Shown here: positions 20,614 to 34,019 of the stretch, piece by piece
Position numbering within the stretch: the stretch's first letter is position 1
How the letters are laid out: each line of letters opens with the position of its first letter
Assembly: GCA_003230085.1 (NCBI GenBank)
Contig: QIGV01000129.1
Span: forward strand, 1 to 59,665
Reading direction: 5' to 3'
Origin: Gammaproteobacteria bacterium
GTDB lineage: Bacteria > Pseudomonadota > Gammaproteobacteria > SZUA-140
DNA length: 59,665 nt
The notes under the pieces: generated by a model
Seen by the model: the letters and a program-made list of their open reading frames with translations, nothing else
Told to the model about the DNA's origin: nothing
Database searches by the model: none
Made by a program: the position numbers and the translations under genes

Positions 20614-22167
20614 ATGCGCATATTTCCAAAATTACTGTTCCTGATGTTAATTGTAGCAAGCCTGGTGGGGTGCGCCAGTGTCGACTTTGACTCCCCGAAA
20701 ATTGATTCACACGCGTTTCAGAGTACTGGTAGTACGCAGCTTGGAAAGCTAATTGAGCCGCTGGTTGCTGCCCATCCGGTTGACCATTCCGGTTTTTTTA
20801 CATTGACCGATGGCATCGATGCATTTTCTGCTCGTCTGCTCATGGCAGAACGGGCCGAGCAAAGCATTGATGCACAATATTACCTGATAAAGGATGGTTT
20901 TACCGGCAGAGCATTTATTCTCGCCCTATTGCATGCAGCGGACCGCGGTGTTCGCGTACGACTGCTGGTCGACGATATATTTGCCGGCGGTTATGACGCC
21001 GGCATGGCTGGTCTGGATTCGCACCCGAATTTTGAAATCCGTGTATGGAATCCATTTGCACGTCGGTCGCTGCGGTTTATCGACGGTATTACAAACCTGA
21101 GGCGTCTCAACCGGCGCATGCACAACAAGTCGTTTACCGTGGATAACCAGGTCACACTGATTGGCGGTCGCAATATATCAGACGAGTACTTTGGGGCAAA
21201 TAGAGACGAAAAATTCAGTGATCTGGATGTTGTTGCCATAGGGCCTGTGGTTCACGATGTATCCATCATGTTTGACAGTTACTGGAACCATGAGCGCGCA
21301 GCGCCTATTGCCGCGTTTGTTAAGATGCCTGAAAATCCGGTTGCAGAACTCGAGCGCGTCAGGAAGACCCTTGAGCAAAATCGACAGGAAATCACCAGCA
21401 TTGTGTATGCGGAAGTGTTAGATGACCAGGTTTTAGAATACATCGATGACGTCGATGACAAAGACATCAGTTTCATCTGGGCGCCCTACACCTTGACCTT
21501 TGATTCACCTGACAAGTCGTTCAAGTCAAAGGCCAGGGAAGCCGATTCGATCATGACACCACTGCGCGAGTCCTTGTTGGCCGCGAAAAGTGAAATACTC
21601 ATTATTTCACCGTACTTTGTACCCAGACGATCAGGGGTCGAGGCATTTTCTGAAGTCCAGGCGCGTGGTATTCAGGTGACGGTTATTACCAACTCGCTTG
21701 CTTCCAGCAACCAATTGGTGGTGCACGGCGGTTACGCTCCTTCGCGAAAACCACTTTTGAAAAATGGTGTGAAAATATATGAGATGCGTGATGATGCCGA
21801 TGTCAGAGGCGCTCAACTGGTCGCTGCCAGTGGAGCTAAAGCGACCTTACACACAAAGGCCTTTATTATTGATCGCAAAGAGATCTTTATTGGCTCTTTC
21901 AATTTCGATCCACGTTCTGCCTATATCAATACGGAATTGGGTGTCATTATCCGCTCACCAGAAATAGCTGGGCCTCTAGCAGATAAGGTCGATGCCGCAC
22001 TTGCCGAGCAGACTTGGGAGCTTTTCCTGGAAAATGATCGCTTGAGATGGCGTGGCTATGATGATGACGGCAATGAAATTATAGAGAAAAGGGAACCCCA
22101 GACATCCTGGTGGACACGGTTCAAGGCCGGCTTTGCACGTATCCTGCCTATCAGGGGTCAGTTATAG
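20614..22167 (+). CDS. phospholipase D family lipoprotein (two HKD motifs)
   Basis: 517 aa with lipobox SLVGC. The two HxK(x)4D motifs are HNKSFTVDNQVTLIGGRNISDEY and HTKAFIIDRKEIFIGSFNFDPRS. Confidence 0.85.
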   Translation: MRIFPKLLFLMLIVASLVGCASVDFDSPKIDSHAFQSTGSTQLGKLIEPLVAAHPVDHSGFFTLTDGIDAFSARLLMAERAEQSIDAQYYLIKDGFTGRAFILALLHAADRGVRVRLLVDDIFAGGYDAGMAGLDSHPNFEIRVWNPFARRSLRFIDGITNLRRLNRRMHNKSFTVDNQVTLIGGRNISDEYFGANRDEKFSDLDVVAIGPVVHDVSIMFDSYWNHERAAPIAAFVKMPENPVAELERVRKTLEQNRQEITSIVYAEVLDDQVLEYIDDVDDKDISFIWAPYTLTFDSPDKSFKSKAREADSIMTPLRESLLAAKSEILIISPYFVPRRSGVEAFSEVQARGIQVTVITNSLASSNQLVVHGGYAPSRKPLLKNGVKIYEMRDDADVRGAQLVAASGAKATLHTKAFIIDRKEIFIGSFNFDPRSAYINTELGVIIRSPEIAGPLADKVDAALAEQTWELFLENDRLRWRGYDDDGNEIIEKREPQTSWWTRFKAGFARILPIRGQL

Positions 22168-22196
22168 CTGGAACAGCAAATCGACCGACTGCAATG

Positions 22197-22553
22197 CTAT
22201 CGTTGCTCTTTTTCCCTATATCTTGATAATTCGCTAAGTAACCATTGTGCAGTGGTTTGCCGCTCTCCCTGGCAGGTAACATAATACTTCTTACCTGATA
22301 AACTGCTTTTAGTTGCAGCATATTTAATAAAATCTTCTGTCGTGTCTACAAACGAATCAACGTAATCATATTTTTTTTGTATATGCAATTTGGCATCTTT
22401 GGCGTTATGAACCGCTCCATTACGTTCGAATTCACACCCGGATTGCTCGATGTAGCGCAGTAAATACCGGGTCTCTTCAGCCTGGCCAGCCATTGCAGGC
22501 AGGACAATCATTGAAAATATTATGCTCATGGTCAGCACTGCCAGCTTGTTCAT
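22197..22553 (-). CDS. DUF5329-like exported protein
   Basis: 118 aa with a signal peptide ending PAMAGQ. The YLLRYIEQSGCEFERNG...HIQKKYDY pattern resembles DUF5329. The ATG overlaps the stop of the upstream EEP gene (ATGA). Confidence 0.6.
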   Translation of the reverse strand: MNKLAVLTMSIIFSMIVLPAMAGQAEETRYLLRYIEQSGCEFERNGAVHNAKDAKLHIQKKYDYVDSFVDTTEDFIKYAATKSSLSGKKYYVTCQGERQTTAQWLLSELSRYREKEQR

Positions 22554-23443
22554 GGTAATTTGCTCACAATAAAATCAGAATTTACTCTAAAGCTTGCATG
22601 TATTGGATTATGATTTGATGAAGTGACAGGCCATACTTTATACTCAATCGGGATCAGGCCACGATAAAACATATGATCAATAACGTTGCCGAGTACTATC
22701 GTTCTATTGTGACCGCTGTAGTCCAGCGATGACAGGGAAAGTTGCTCGGCCATGTCATTCATGATCCGCATGCGCGCATCACTCCACGTATTAAAATCAC
22801 CCGCCAGCACAACAGGGCCTTCATGTTGCCTGATGACCTCGTAGAGCTGTTTGATCTGCTGCTTGTAGACATCAACACCAAAAGTGAAATTCACGCTGTG
22901 AATATTTGCCACCAGCAAATATTCTTGTTGCCCGGCAATGGGGAAATAATTGATTAATGCAGTTTTAGGTGTTCTTATCAGTGGCTCTGTAATACGCTGG
23001 CCACAGCTATAAACAGGCTTGACACTGGAAGCAGTCATTACGCCTGTGGCTTTATCGTGATAATAGAATGCTGTGTTCAGAGTCCAGTGATAATCATTAC
23101 GAGCAAGAATTGACTGCAGCTCACTACCGAGATGCGCTTCCTGTATGATGATGATGTCATGCTTTGAGCTGTATTTCCTGAATTCTTCTGGCCAGTTATC
23201 ACGCTGGCCTTTATATATGTTCCAGTTCAGTATTGATATGTTTTGCGGATCCAGCTTGTCGCTATCACTCAAAACAGTATCGTGTGAATCCTGCGCCACA
23301 TTGCGAGCGTCACACACGCCCTGTGCGCCACTGATTTCATTACTCGTAGTACTGTTCAGCACCAGCTGCTCGGTCGAAACAGACACACAGGCAGTCGTTA
23401 GCAGAGGCATGAGGAGAATTAGAAATTTGGGAAAGAAGCGCAT
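22550..23443 (-). CDS. endonuclease/exonuclease/phosphatase (EEP) family lipoprotein
   Basis: 297 aa with lipobox LTTAC. EEP catalytic blocks are ILNWNIYKG, IIIIQEA, LAGDFNTW and VIDHMF. Confidence 0.8.
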   Translation of the reverse strand: MRFFPKFLILLMPLLTTACVSVSTEQLVLNSTTSNEISGAQGVCDARNVAQDSHDTVLSDSDKLDPQNISILNWNIYKGQRDNWPEEFRKYSSKHDIIIIQEAHLGSELQSILARNDYHWTLNTAFYYHDKATGVMTASSVKPVYSCGQRITEPLIRTPKTALINYFPIAGQQEYLLVANIHSVNFTFGVDVYKQQIKQLYEVIRQHEGPVVLAGDFNTWSDARMRIMNDMAEQLSLSSLDYSGHNRTIVLGNVIDHMFYRGLIPIEYKVWPVTSSNHNPIHASFRVNSDFIVSKLP

Positions 23444-23759
23444 ATGGATTACTGTTCTCAGACTTTTTAGTGACTATAAATATATTTGATGATTCCTTCA
23501 TTATATAGTTCAGTATCAGCTGATAGGGGCCAAAACGAAATATAACATCCAGCATATCAATTAGTTACATATATTGAATGGCGCATGCCCAAAATCCGGA
23601 TAACTCGCAGTTAAGTGACCATGCTGACACATTAATCACCTGACTTGCCCTTTTTGAACTGGTTGAGCATTCATTCGAACTTCATAGGGACCTCATCCCT
23701 CCATCATGAATGGTATTCAAGCTAACTACAGAATCATTTCATATTGGAAAAGACTAGGG

Positions 23760-23789
23760 TTGTATAAATTTTTCGAGATGACTTATACT
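23760..23789 (+). promoter_or_regulatory. candidate sigma-70 promoter of infA (TTGTAT-N18-TATACT)
   Basis: The hexamers at 23760-23765 and 23784-23789 lie ~37 nt upstream of the infA ATG. This rests on sequence match only. Confidence 0.3.
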
Positions 23790-23825
23790 CCCATGACTTT
23801 AATTTCAGCAGGTTTAAAAAAACGA

Positions 23826-24044
23826 ATGGCGAAAGAAGAACATATTGAAATGGAAGGCACGGTTATCGAAACCCTGCCGAATACCATGTTCAGGGTAGAA
23901 CTTGAGAATGGCCATGTTGTGATTGCACATATTTCAGGAAAAATGCGCAAACACTATATCCGTATTCTGACCGGAGACAAGGTAACCGTGCAATTAACAC
24001 CCTACGATTTATCCAAAGGGCGCATTGTCTTTCGCGCACGCTGA
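23826..24044 (+). CDS. infA: translation initiation factor IF-1
   Basis: A 72-aa product, [72 protein letters not shown], near-identical in pattern to bacterial IF-1. The ORF-track 5' extension was rejected. Confidence 0.97.
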   Translation: MAKEEHIEMEGTVIETLPNTMFRVELENGHVVIAHISGKMRKHYIRILTGDKVTVQLTPYDLSKGRIVFRAR

Positions 24045-24096
24045 TTACCACCTCCCTTCTTGCCAAACTGTCTCATTATTGTCTAGGGAAAAAATC

Positions 24097-26364
24097 TCAG
24101 GAGCTTTTGGCTGTCTCTTTGTGCCTCTTGATATCGAAGGACAAGGCGTCCTTCTTAACCGTAATAGTGATGTGGCCGCCTTTAGCCAGTTTGCCGAATA
24201 GCAGTTCCTCCGCGAGTGGCTTTTTAATGTAATCCTGGATTGTTCGGGCCATTGGCCGGGCACCCATTTTCGGGTCATAACCGTGCATGGCCAGCCATTC
24301 TCGCGCTGGATTTCTAACTTTGAGCGTTACATGTTTCTCTTCCAGCTGGGCTTCCAGTTCAATGATGAATTTATCTACAACATTGGCAATAATATCCGGT
24401 GGAAGCGATTCAAATTGAATGATCGCATCAAGGCGGTTGCGAAACTCGGGAGAAAATGCCTTTTTGATGATCTCCATGCCATCGCTGGAGTGATCCTGGC
24501 TGGAGAACCCGATGGAAGGGCGGCTCATCTGCTCCGCACCAGCGTTCGTTGTCATGATTATAATCACATTGCGAAAGTCGGCTTTGCGCCCGTTGTTATC
24601 TGTCAGCGTTCCATGATCCATGACCTGCAATAGCAGGTTGAAGACATCCTGATGGGCCTTCTCGACTTCATCCAGCAGTAAAACTGCATGTGGATTTTTT
24701 GTGACCGCCTCTGTTAGCAGGCCGCCCTGGTCGTAACCGACATAGCCGGGTGGTGCGCCAATCAGTCGAGATACTGTATGCCGCTCCATATATTCAGACA
24801 TATCAAACCGGATTAGATCGATCCCCATTATTTTGGCGAGCTGATTGGTTACTTCGGTTTTCCCTACGCCTGTAGGACCCGCAAACAAAAATGAACCAAT
24901 AGGTTTATGTACATTGCCGATACCAGAGCGAGACATCTTGATCGCAGTGACTAGCGTATCAATGGCTTTATTCTGGCCATAGACGACCATTTTCAGGTCA
25001 CGATCCAGGGAACGCAATTTTCGTTTGTCTGATTGACTGACGCTGTTAGCAGGGATGCGGGCAATCTTTGCAATAATATTTTCGACATCTCGCACGCCAA
25101 TCATTTTCTTGCCTTTCCCCTCAGGTTGAAGCCGTTGAAAGGCACCTGCTTCATCAATGACGTCGATTGCTTTATCCGGCAGATGCCGGTCATTGATATA
25201 ACGATCGGCTAGTTCTGCAGCACAACGTAGGGAGTCTTTGCTATATTTGATTTTATGATGCGCCTCAAATCGCGATTTCAACCCCGTCAGTATCTGGATC
25301 GTGTCATCAACGCTGGGTTCTGTGACGTCGATTTTCTGGAAGCGCCTTGCTAGTGCACGGTCTTTTTCAAAGATACCGCGATATTCCTGGTAAGTCGTGG
25401 AGCCAATGCATTTCAGTTCTCCTGATGACAGCATAGGCTTGATCAAGTTTGAGGCGTCCATTACACCACCGGAGGTAGAACCGGCGCCAATTATGGTATG
25501 AATCTCGTCGATGAAGAGAATGGCGTGGGGTTCCTGGCGCAATTGGGAAAGTATGCCCTTGAGGCGTTTTTCAAAATCACCGCGGTATTTTGTGCCCGCG
25601 AGCAATGCCCCCATATCAAGACAGTAGATAGTGCTGTCTGATAATATTTCAGGCACATTTCCATCAACGATATTTTTCGCAAGTCCTTCGGCTATAGCTG
25701 TTTTTCCTACGCCTGCTTCACCAACAAGTAATGGGTTATTTTTTCGTCTGCGGCATAATATCTGAATCAGACGTTGCAGTTCAGCGTCGCGGCCAATCAA
25801 CGGGTCAATTTTGCCTTCTTTTGCCATAATATTCAGGTTGGTGGCAAAGTTTTCCAGTGGGCTACTGGTTGTATTTTCCCCAGCTTCATTTTCAAGTTCG
25901 GGATTGACCGGCATGCCTTCTATATCTTCGCCGGCATATTTTGAAATGCCGTGTGATATATAGTTGACAATGTCAAGGCGGGTGAGATTCTGCTCGTTTA
26001 GAAAGTAGACAGCCTGGGAATCCTGTTCTCCGAAAATCGCAACCAGTATGTTCGGAGCACTGACCTCCTGCTTGCCGGACGACTGCACATGAAATACAGC
26101 GCGCTGTAGTACTCTTTGAAAACCCAGGGTGGGTTGAGTTTCCTTTTCCTCGTCATTGAGCAGCGGCGTTGTTTCATCCAGGAAAGTAACTAGTTCCTGT
26201 TTGAGTATTTCAAGGTCTGCTCCACAGGAGTGTAAAATTGAGGCTGCTGCTGCATTGTCAATCAGTGCGAGCAGGATATGCTCAACAGTAATAAATTCGT
26301 GTTTCTTTTCACGCGCTTCTTGAAAAGCTAAGTTTAAAGTATGTTCAACGTCTTTACTCAGCAT
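24097..26364 (-). CDS. clpA: ATP-dependent Clp protease ATP-binding subunit ClpA
   Basis: It has a Clp_N domain and two AAA+ modules (GEAGVGKTA and GPTGVGKTE). It lies downstream of clpS. The start was taken as the ATG at 26364 (MLSKDVEHTL); a GTG at 26373 is the alternative. Confidence 0.95.
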   Translation of the reverse strand: MLSKDVEHTLNLAFQEAREKKHEFITVEHILLALIDNAAAASILHSCGADLEILKQELVTFLDETTPLLNDEEKETQPTLGFQRVLQRAVFHVQSSGKQEVSAPNILVAIFGEQDSQAVYFLNEQNLTRLDIVNYISHGISKYAGEDIEGMPVNPELENEAGENTTSSPLENFATNLNIMAKEGKIDPLIGRDAELQRLIQILCRRRKNNPLLVGEAGVGKTAIAEGLAKNIVDGNVPEILSDSTIYCLDMGALLAGTKYRGDFEKRLKGILSQLRQEPHAILFIDEIHTIIGAGSTSGGVMDASNLIKPMLSSGELKCIGSTTYQEYRGIFEKDRALARRFQKIDVTEPSVDDTIQILTGLKSRFEAHHKIKYSKDSLRCAAELADRYINDRHLPDKAIDVIDEAGAFQRLQPEGKGKKMIGVRDVENIIAKIARIPANSVSQSDKRKLRSLDRDLKMVVYGQNKAIDTLVTAIKMSRSGIGNVHKPIGSFLFAGPTGVGKTEVTNQLAKIMGIDLIRFDMSEYMERHTVSRLIGAPPGYVGYDQGGLLTEAVTKNPHAVLLLDEVEKAHQDVFNLLLQVMDHGTLTDNNGRKADFRNVIIIMTTNAGAEQMSRPSIGFSSQDHSSDGMEIIKKAFSPEFRNRLDAIIQFESLPPDIIANVVDKFIIELEAQLEEKHVTLKVRNPAREWLAMHGYDPKMGARPMARTIQDYIKKPLAEELLFGKLAKGGHITITVKKDALSFDIKRHKETAKSS

Positions 26365-26398
26365 TGGAGGCACCTATACATTTGTTGTCTAATCCGTA

Positions 26399-26722
26399 TT
26401 ATGCATTTTCCATTGTGCATAAAAGCGGATGTTCATTTTTGCGGGCAAACTGATTTACCAGCGCAACCTTTGTTTCAGCAATATCACGTGTAAAGACACC
26501 GCAAATACCTACACCCCGGGTATGGACATGCAGCATAATGTTCGTGGCCTGCTCGTGTCCCATGCCAAAAATGTTTTCCAGAATATGCACGACAAATTCC
26601 ATTGGCGTATAGTCATCATTCAGGAGTAGCACCTTGTACATTGGCGGTCGTTTAACCTTGGGCTTTGCTTCCTGAAGCGCCAATCCGTCGTCATTATTCA
26701 GACTACGTTTGATACTTTTCAT
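26399..26722 (-). CDS. clpS: ATP-dependent Clp protease adaptor ClpS
   Basis: 107 aa with [23 protein letters not shown] and the [19 protein letters not shown] core. Confidence 0.95.
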   Translation of the reverse strand: MKSIKRSLNNDDGLALQEAKPKVKRPPMYKVLLLNDDYTPMEFVVHILENIFGMGHEQATNIMLHVHTRGVGICGVFTRDIAETKVALVNQFARKNEHPLLCTMENA

Positions 26723-27133
26723 GACTTTAATTATATCGTATTTTGTAAAAAAAACCCGCCAGCCCTTTCATTTAAATATAATGAGGTCTGTCATGAAAAT
26801 AACAATAGCCATTATTTCCACTTTGCTGTCTTTACATAAAATATATCGTCATATTAATGTTTTCACTTGAGATGAATATGACTCTGCAAAATACTTGCCA
26901 GAATATTTTCTGTTTAATCGCCTGTGCAGGCTAAGCTCAGCTCTGTTTTGCACAAGCGAGTAGTCTGTGGCGGTTGGATTTTGACTATATCCTTATGAAT
27001 AGCCAGAGTATTGAGGAGGGGGGGTGAAGTCGCTGTGTAATGTGGTAATCAGGGGCTCCACGCCCCAGGCGCAGAGTTCATGCGCGCTTTATCTATAATT
27101 AACAACGTCTTGCTACGCTAATGTCTTGTTACA

Positions 27134-28396
27134 CTAGGCCTGCATGTTGTCGATGATGGCTTGCCCAAATCCTGAGCAGCTGACTAACTCCGCATCTGTC
27201 ATTAAACGTTCCAGGTCATAGGTCACGGTTTTATTGGCAATTGCGCCTGCAAGTCCCTTGATAATCAGATCAGCGGCCTCGGTCCATCCCAGGTGGCGCA
27301 GCATCATTTCTCCGGACAGTACTAAGGAACTGGGATTTACGCGATCCTGACCAGCATATTTGGGTGCCGTGCCATGAGTGGCCTCAAACAGACCAATGGT
27401 ATCTGAAAGGTTCGCACCTGGCGCGATACCAATACCGCCAACCTGGGCTGCCAGGGCATCGGAGATATAATCGCCGTTAAGGTTGAGGGTAGCGATAACA
27501 CTGTAATCTTCAGGGCGTAACAGGATTTGCTGCAGGAAGGCGTCGGCGATTACATCTTTGATAATGATTTCCCTGCCTGTTTTAGGATTCGAAAAGGTGC
27601 ACCATGGTCCGCCGTCAATTTCAGTGGCGCCATATTTTTCCCTGGACAAGGCATAGCCCCAGTTTTTGAAACTACCCTCGGTGAATTTCATGATGTTACC
27701 CTTGTGTACCAGGGTGATAGAATCGCGGTCATTGTCGATCGCATACTGAATGGCTTTATCTACCAGCCGTTCGGTGCCTTCCCGTGAGACCGGCTTGATA
27801 CCGATCCCCGATGTTTCTGGAAAGCGTATCTTGGTTACTTTCATTTCCTGCTGTAGGAAATTGATCAATTTTTTGACCTCTGCTGTGCCAGCTTCCCATT
27901 CAATTCCGGCATAGATATCCTCGGAATTTTCTCTGAAAATGACCATGTCGGTTTTTTCAGGTTCCTTCAACGGGCTTGGGGTTCCCTCGAAATAGCGTAC
28001 AGGACGCATACAGATATAGAGATCCAGTTCTTGACGCAGGGCTACGTTCAGAGAACGAATGCCGCCGCCCACCGGTGTCGTAAGGGGACCTTTGATGGAT
28101 ACCAGAAAGTTGCGGATAGCCTCGAGTGTCTCGTCTGGCAGCCAGGTATCATCACCATAGATTTTGGTAGCTTTTTCTCCAGCGTAGATTTCACACCAGG
28201 CGATGGATCTGCGTTCGTCATAGGCAATAGATACGGCACTATCCAACACGTTGTGCATAACAGGTGTGATATCAACCCCAATTCCGTCGCCTTCGATAAA
28301 TGGAATAATAGGACAATCAGGTATGTTCAGAGAAAGATCGCTGTTGGTGGTGATTTTTTCTCCGTTGCCCGGAATCTTGATCTTGTTAAAAGTCAT
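27134..28396 (-). CDS. icd: NADP-dependent isocitrate dehydrogenase
   Basis: 420 aa. The N-terminal [19 protein letters not shown] and the overall sequence are collinear with E. coli Icd. Confidence 0.95.
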   Translation of the reverse strand: MTFNKIKIPGNGEKITTNSDLSLNIPDCPIIPFIEGDGIGVDITPVMHNVLDSAVSIAYDERRSIAWCEIYAGEKATKIYGDDTWLPDETLEAIRNFLVSIKGPLTTPVGGGIRSLNVALRQELDLYICMRPVRYFEGTPSPLKEPEKTDMVIFRENSEDIYAGIEWEAGTAEVKKLINFLQQEMKVTKIRFPETSGIGIKPVSREGTERLVDKAIQYAIDNDRDSITLVHKGNIMKFTEGSFKNWGYALSREKYGATEIDGGPWCTFSNPKTGREIIIKDVIADAFLQQILLRPEDYSVIATLNLNGDYISDALAAQVGGIGIAPGANLSDTIGLFEATHGTAPKYAGQDRVNPSSLVLSGEMMLRHLGWTEAADLIIKGLAGAIANKTVTYDLERLMTDAELVSCSGFGQAIIDNMQA

Positions 28397-28527
28397 GGTA
28401 GCACCTGATTGTCGTCATAAAAGGCCAGCAGCTTAGCAGCTCTCGGGCAAATGATCTAACCTGCGGGAATACTTGACCGCCATTATGCGCTGTTTAGATT
28501 CAACTAGAAGGGCCGATAGATAATATT

Positions 28528-29007
28528 ATGACCAATACACTAACCAGTCAGGCAGAGGGCGGCGAGGAATGGAAGCCGCACGTGACCGTGGCAGCCATCA
28601 TTGAGCGCAATGACCGCTTTCTGATGATTGAGGAGTCCTGTAACGGCAGGGTTGTTATCAACCAGCCTGCGGGCCACCTGGAGGAAGGGGAAAGTCTGCA
28701 GGAGGCGGTGATCAGGGAAACCCTTGAGGAGACGGCCTGGTCTGTACGTCCTACAGCTATAACCGGTATATACCAGTGGGTGACGCCTCATAGCCAAAAA
28801 ACATATCTACGGGTTTGCTTTATCGCAGAATGTCTTGAGCAACACCAGCGCTTGCTGGATAAGGATATCTTGCAGGTCATGTGGCTAAGTAGAGATAAGA
28901 TTGCACAATGCTCTGATCAATTACGCAGTCCCATGGTCATGCAATGTATCGATGACTATTTAGCGGGTAAATGTTATCCGTTGACTCTCGTCAACCATAT
29001 ATCCTGA
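28528..29007 (+). CDS. nudJ: NUDIX hydrolase (NudJ-like)
   Basis: 159 aa with Nudix box GHLEEGESLQEAVIRETLEETAW. The symbol comes from the icd-nudJ-mnmA-hflD-purB synteny with E. coli. Confidence 0.8.
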   Translation: MTNTLTSQAEGGEEWKPHVTVAAIIERNDRFLMIEESCNGRVVINQPAGHLEEGESLQEAVIRETLEETAWSVRPTAITGIYQWVTPHSQKTYLRVCFIAECLEQHQRLLDKDILQVMWLSRDKIAQCSDQLRSPMVMQCIDDYLAGKCYPLTLVNHIS

Positions 29008-29094
29008 TTTAGATAATCGTTTTTACAGACATGGGGCCATCAAGTCCCGTGAAATTTGCTACAATATCCTCCCGTTTATTTCCGGCAGAGCGTC

Positions 29095-30231
29095 ATGTCT
29101 TCCAAAGGTGTTTCCAGAGATCGTATCATTGTTGGTATGTCCGGCGGCGTTGACTCGTCCGTGGCAGCCCTGCTGTTGAAACAGCAGGGATACGATGTCA
29201 GCGGTGTGTTTATGCAAAACTGGGATGAAAAGGATCCGGAAGGACCGTGTCAGGCGGAAATTGATGCCCATGATGCGCTTGCCGTCTGTGATAAAATAGG
29301 CATATCTCTGGATGCGGTGAGTTTTGCCAGTGAATATTGGGATAAAGTTTTCACGTATTTTCTGGATGAATATCGCAGTGGTCGTACACCGAACCCGGAT
29401 ATATTATGCAATAAGGAAATTAAATTCAGAGCATTTCTGGACTATGCCCTTGCACAGGGCGCCGAGTCAATTGCCACTGGACACTATGCCAGAATACGCC
29501 GGCATCAAGGTGTGTTCCAGCTGCTCAAGGGGTGTGATGCAAACAAGGACCAAAGCTACTTTCTCTATACCCTTGGACAGTCACAATTGGCGAGAGCATG
29601 CTTTCCACTGGGAGAATACGAAAAGGTCGAAGTCAGAAAAATAGCGTTGGAGGCAGGATTCCCTAATCATGAAAAAAAAGATAGCACTGGAATATGTTTC
29701 ATCGGGGAGCGTAAGTTCAAGGCTTTTCTTGAGCACTATCTGCCTGCCAGGAAAGGTGATATAAAGACCCCGCAAGGTGAGGTTATCGGGGTCCATGAGG
29801 GATTAATGTTTCATACAATCGGGCAAAGAAAGGGGCTGGGTATCGGAGGCCGACAGGAGGATGATGGTGAACCGTGGTATGTGGTAGCCAAGGATGTCTC
29901 GCAGAACATACTCACTGTGGTGCAGGGAAATCACCACCCGTTGCTGTATAACCGTGGACTGATGGCGCTGGATATTCACTGGATTTCCGGTCAGGAACCA
30001 CTGTTCCCTCTGGAAGTCAGCGCCAAGATTCGCTATCGTCAACCTGACCAGAATTGTACTGTTGAACCTGTAGGAGATGGGAAATATCTGGTTACCTTTC
30101 GAGAAATGCAGCGCGCGATTGCGCCGGGACAGTCCATTGTGTTCTATCAGGATGAAGTCTGTCTGGGTGGTGGTATTATAGACTGTGCGAAAAATAACGA
30201 GAAACAAATGCTGGAGGTTTCTATTGACTGA
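29095..30231 (+). CDS. mnmA: tRNA 2-thiouridine(34) synthase
   Basis: PP-loop VGMSGGVDSS, catalytic-cysteine contexts (NPDILCNKEIKF, DSTGICFIGER) and a conserved C-terminal barrel. The start was set at the ATG at 29095. Confidence 0.95.
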   Translation: MSSKGVSRDRIIVGMSGGVDSSVAALLLKQQGYDVSGVFMQNWDEKDPEGPCQAEIDAHDALAVCDKIGISLDAVSFASEYWDKVFTYFLDEYRSGRTPNPDILCNKEIKFRAFLDYALAQGAESIATGHYARIRRHQGVFQLLKGCDANKDQSYFLYTLGQSQLARACFPLGEYEKVEVRKIALEAGFPNHEKKDSTGICFIGERKFKAFLEHYLPARKGDIKTPQGEVIGVHEGLMFHTIGQRKGLGIGGRQEDDGEPWYVVAKDVSQNILTVVQGNHHPLLYNRGLMALDIHWISGQEPLFPLEVSAKIRYRQPDQNCTVEPVGDGKYLVTFREMQRAIAPGQSIVFYQDEVCLGGGIIDCAKNNEKQMLEVSID

Positions 30232-30270
30232 TAGCAGCGGACTCCTGGCAAGAGAAAAAATATTATAGTC

Positions 30271-32302
<2,032 letters not shown>

Positions 32303-32448
32303 CAGTTTGTCTATACTGCTATCTGATAAGCCGAAGGCACCTTGCGTTTGATCCCATTAGAGGGTCGCCGCCTGTTTTGTGATGGGGTTCACAGTTTTAT
32401 AGCTGCCTTTTGATGATAATAATGACACTGGGAATCAGAGGGCAACGA

Positions 32449-32478
32449 CTCCTCCTCCTCCTCCTCCTCCTCCTCCTC
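32449..32478. repeat. perfect trinucleotide microsatellite (CTC)10
   Basis: Thirty consecutive nucleotides of ctc repeats were counted directly. The tract lies in the purB-serS intergenic region. Confidence 0.95.
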
Positions 32479-32505
32479 TATGGATCGTTGCCTGATTGCC
32501 CAAAC

Positions 32506-32546
32506 CCGAACTGCTCGATCCTCCTCTGGCAGTTCGGTTTTTTTTT
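32506..32546 (+). terminator. rho-independent terminator (9-bp stem ccgaactgc/gcagttcgg followed by T9)
   Basis: The stem is 32506-32514 paired with 32529-32537, followed by nine T at 32538-32546. It is oriented for plus-strand transcription, ~240 nt after the purB stop. Confidence 0.8.
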
Positions 32547-32679
32547 GCTCCCAAATCCTCGATTGAATGGCTGGTGTACAGCGGCATGTCAGGTTTCCGG
32601 CTTCCAGGATAATAGTTGCCAGGATAATCGGCAGGCCCTACTATTACAGTTTCAAAAATGGGGTAGAGGCGAATTTTAA

Positions 32680-34008
<1,329 letters not shown>

Positions 34009-34019
34009 AGGTTGAATCA

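Noticed and set aside
26781-26870. A small hydrophobic ORF (MRSVMKITIAIISTLLSLHKIYRHINVFT) with a GAGG 6 nt upstream of the internal ATG, in the clpS-icd spacer. It could be a type I toxin-like peptide.
   Set aside because: The region is AT-rich, where such ORFs arise by chance. No antisense RNA signals or flanking structure were seen, so there is not enough evidence to call it.
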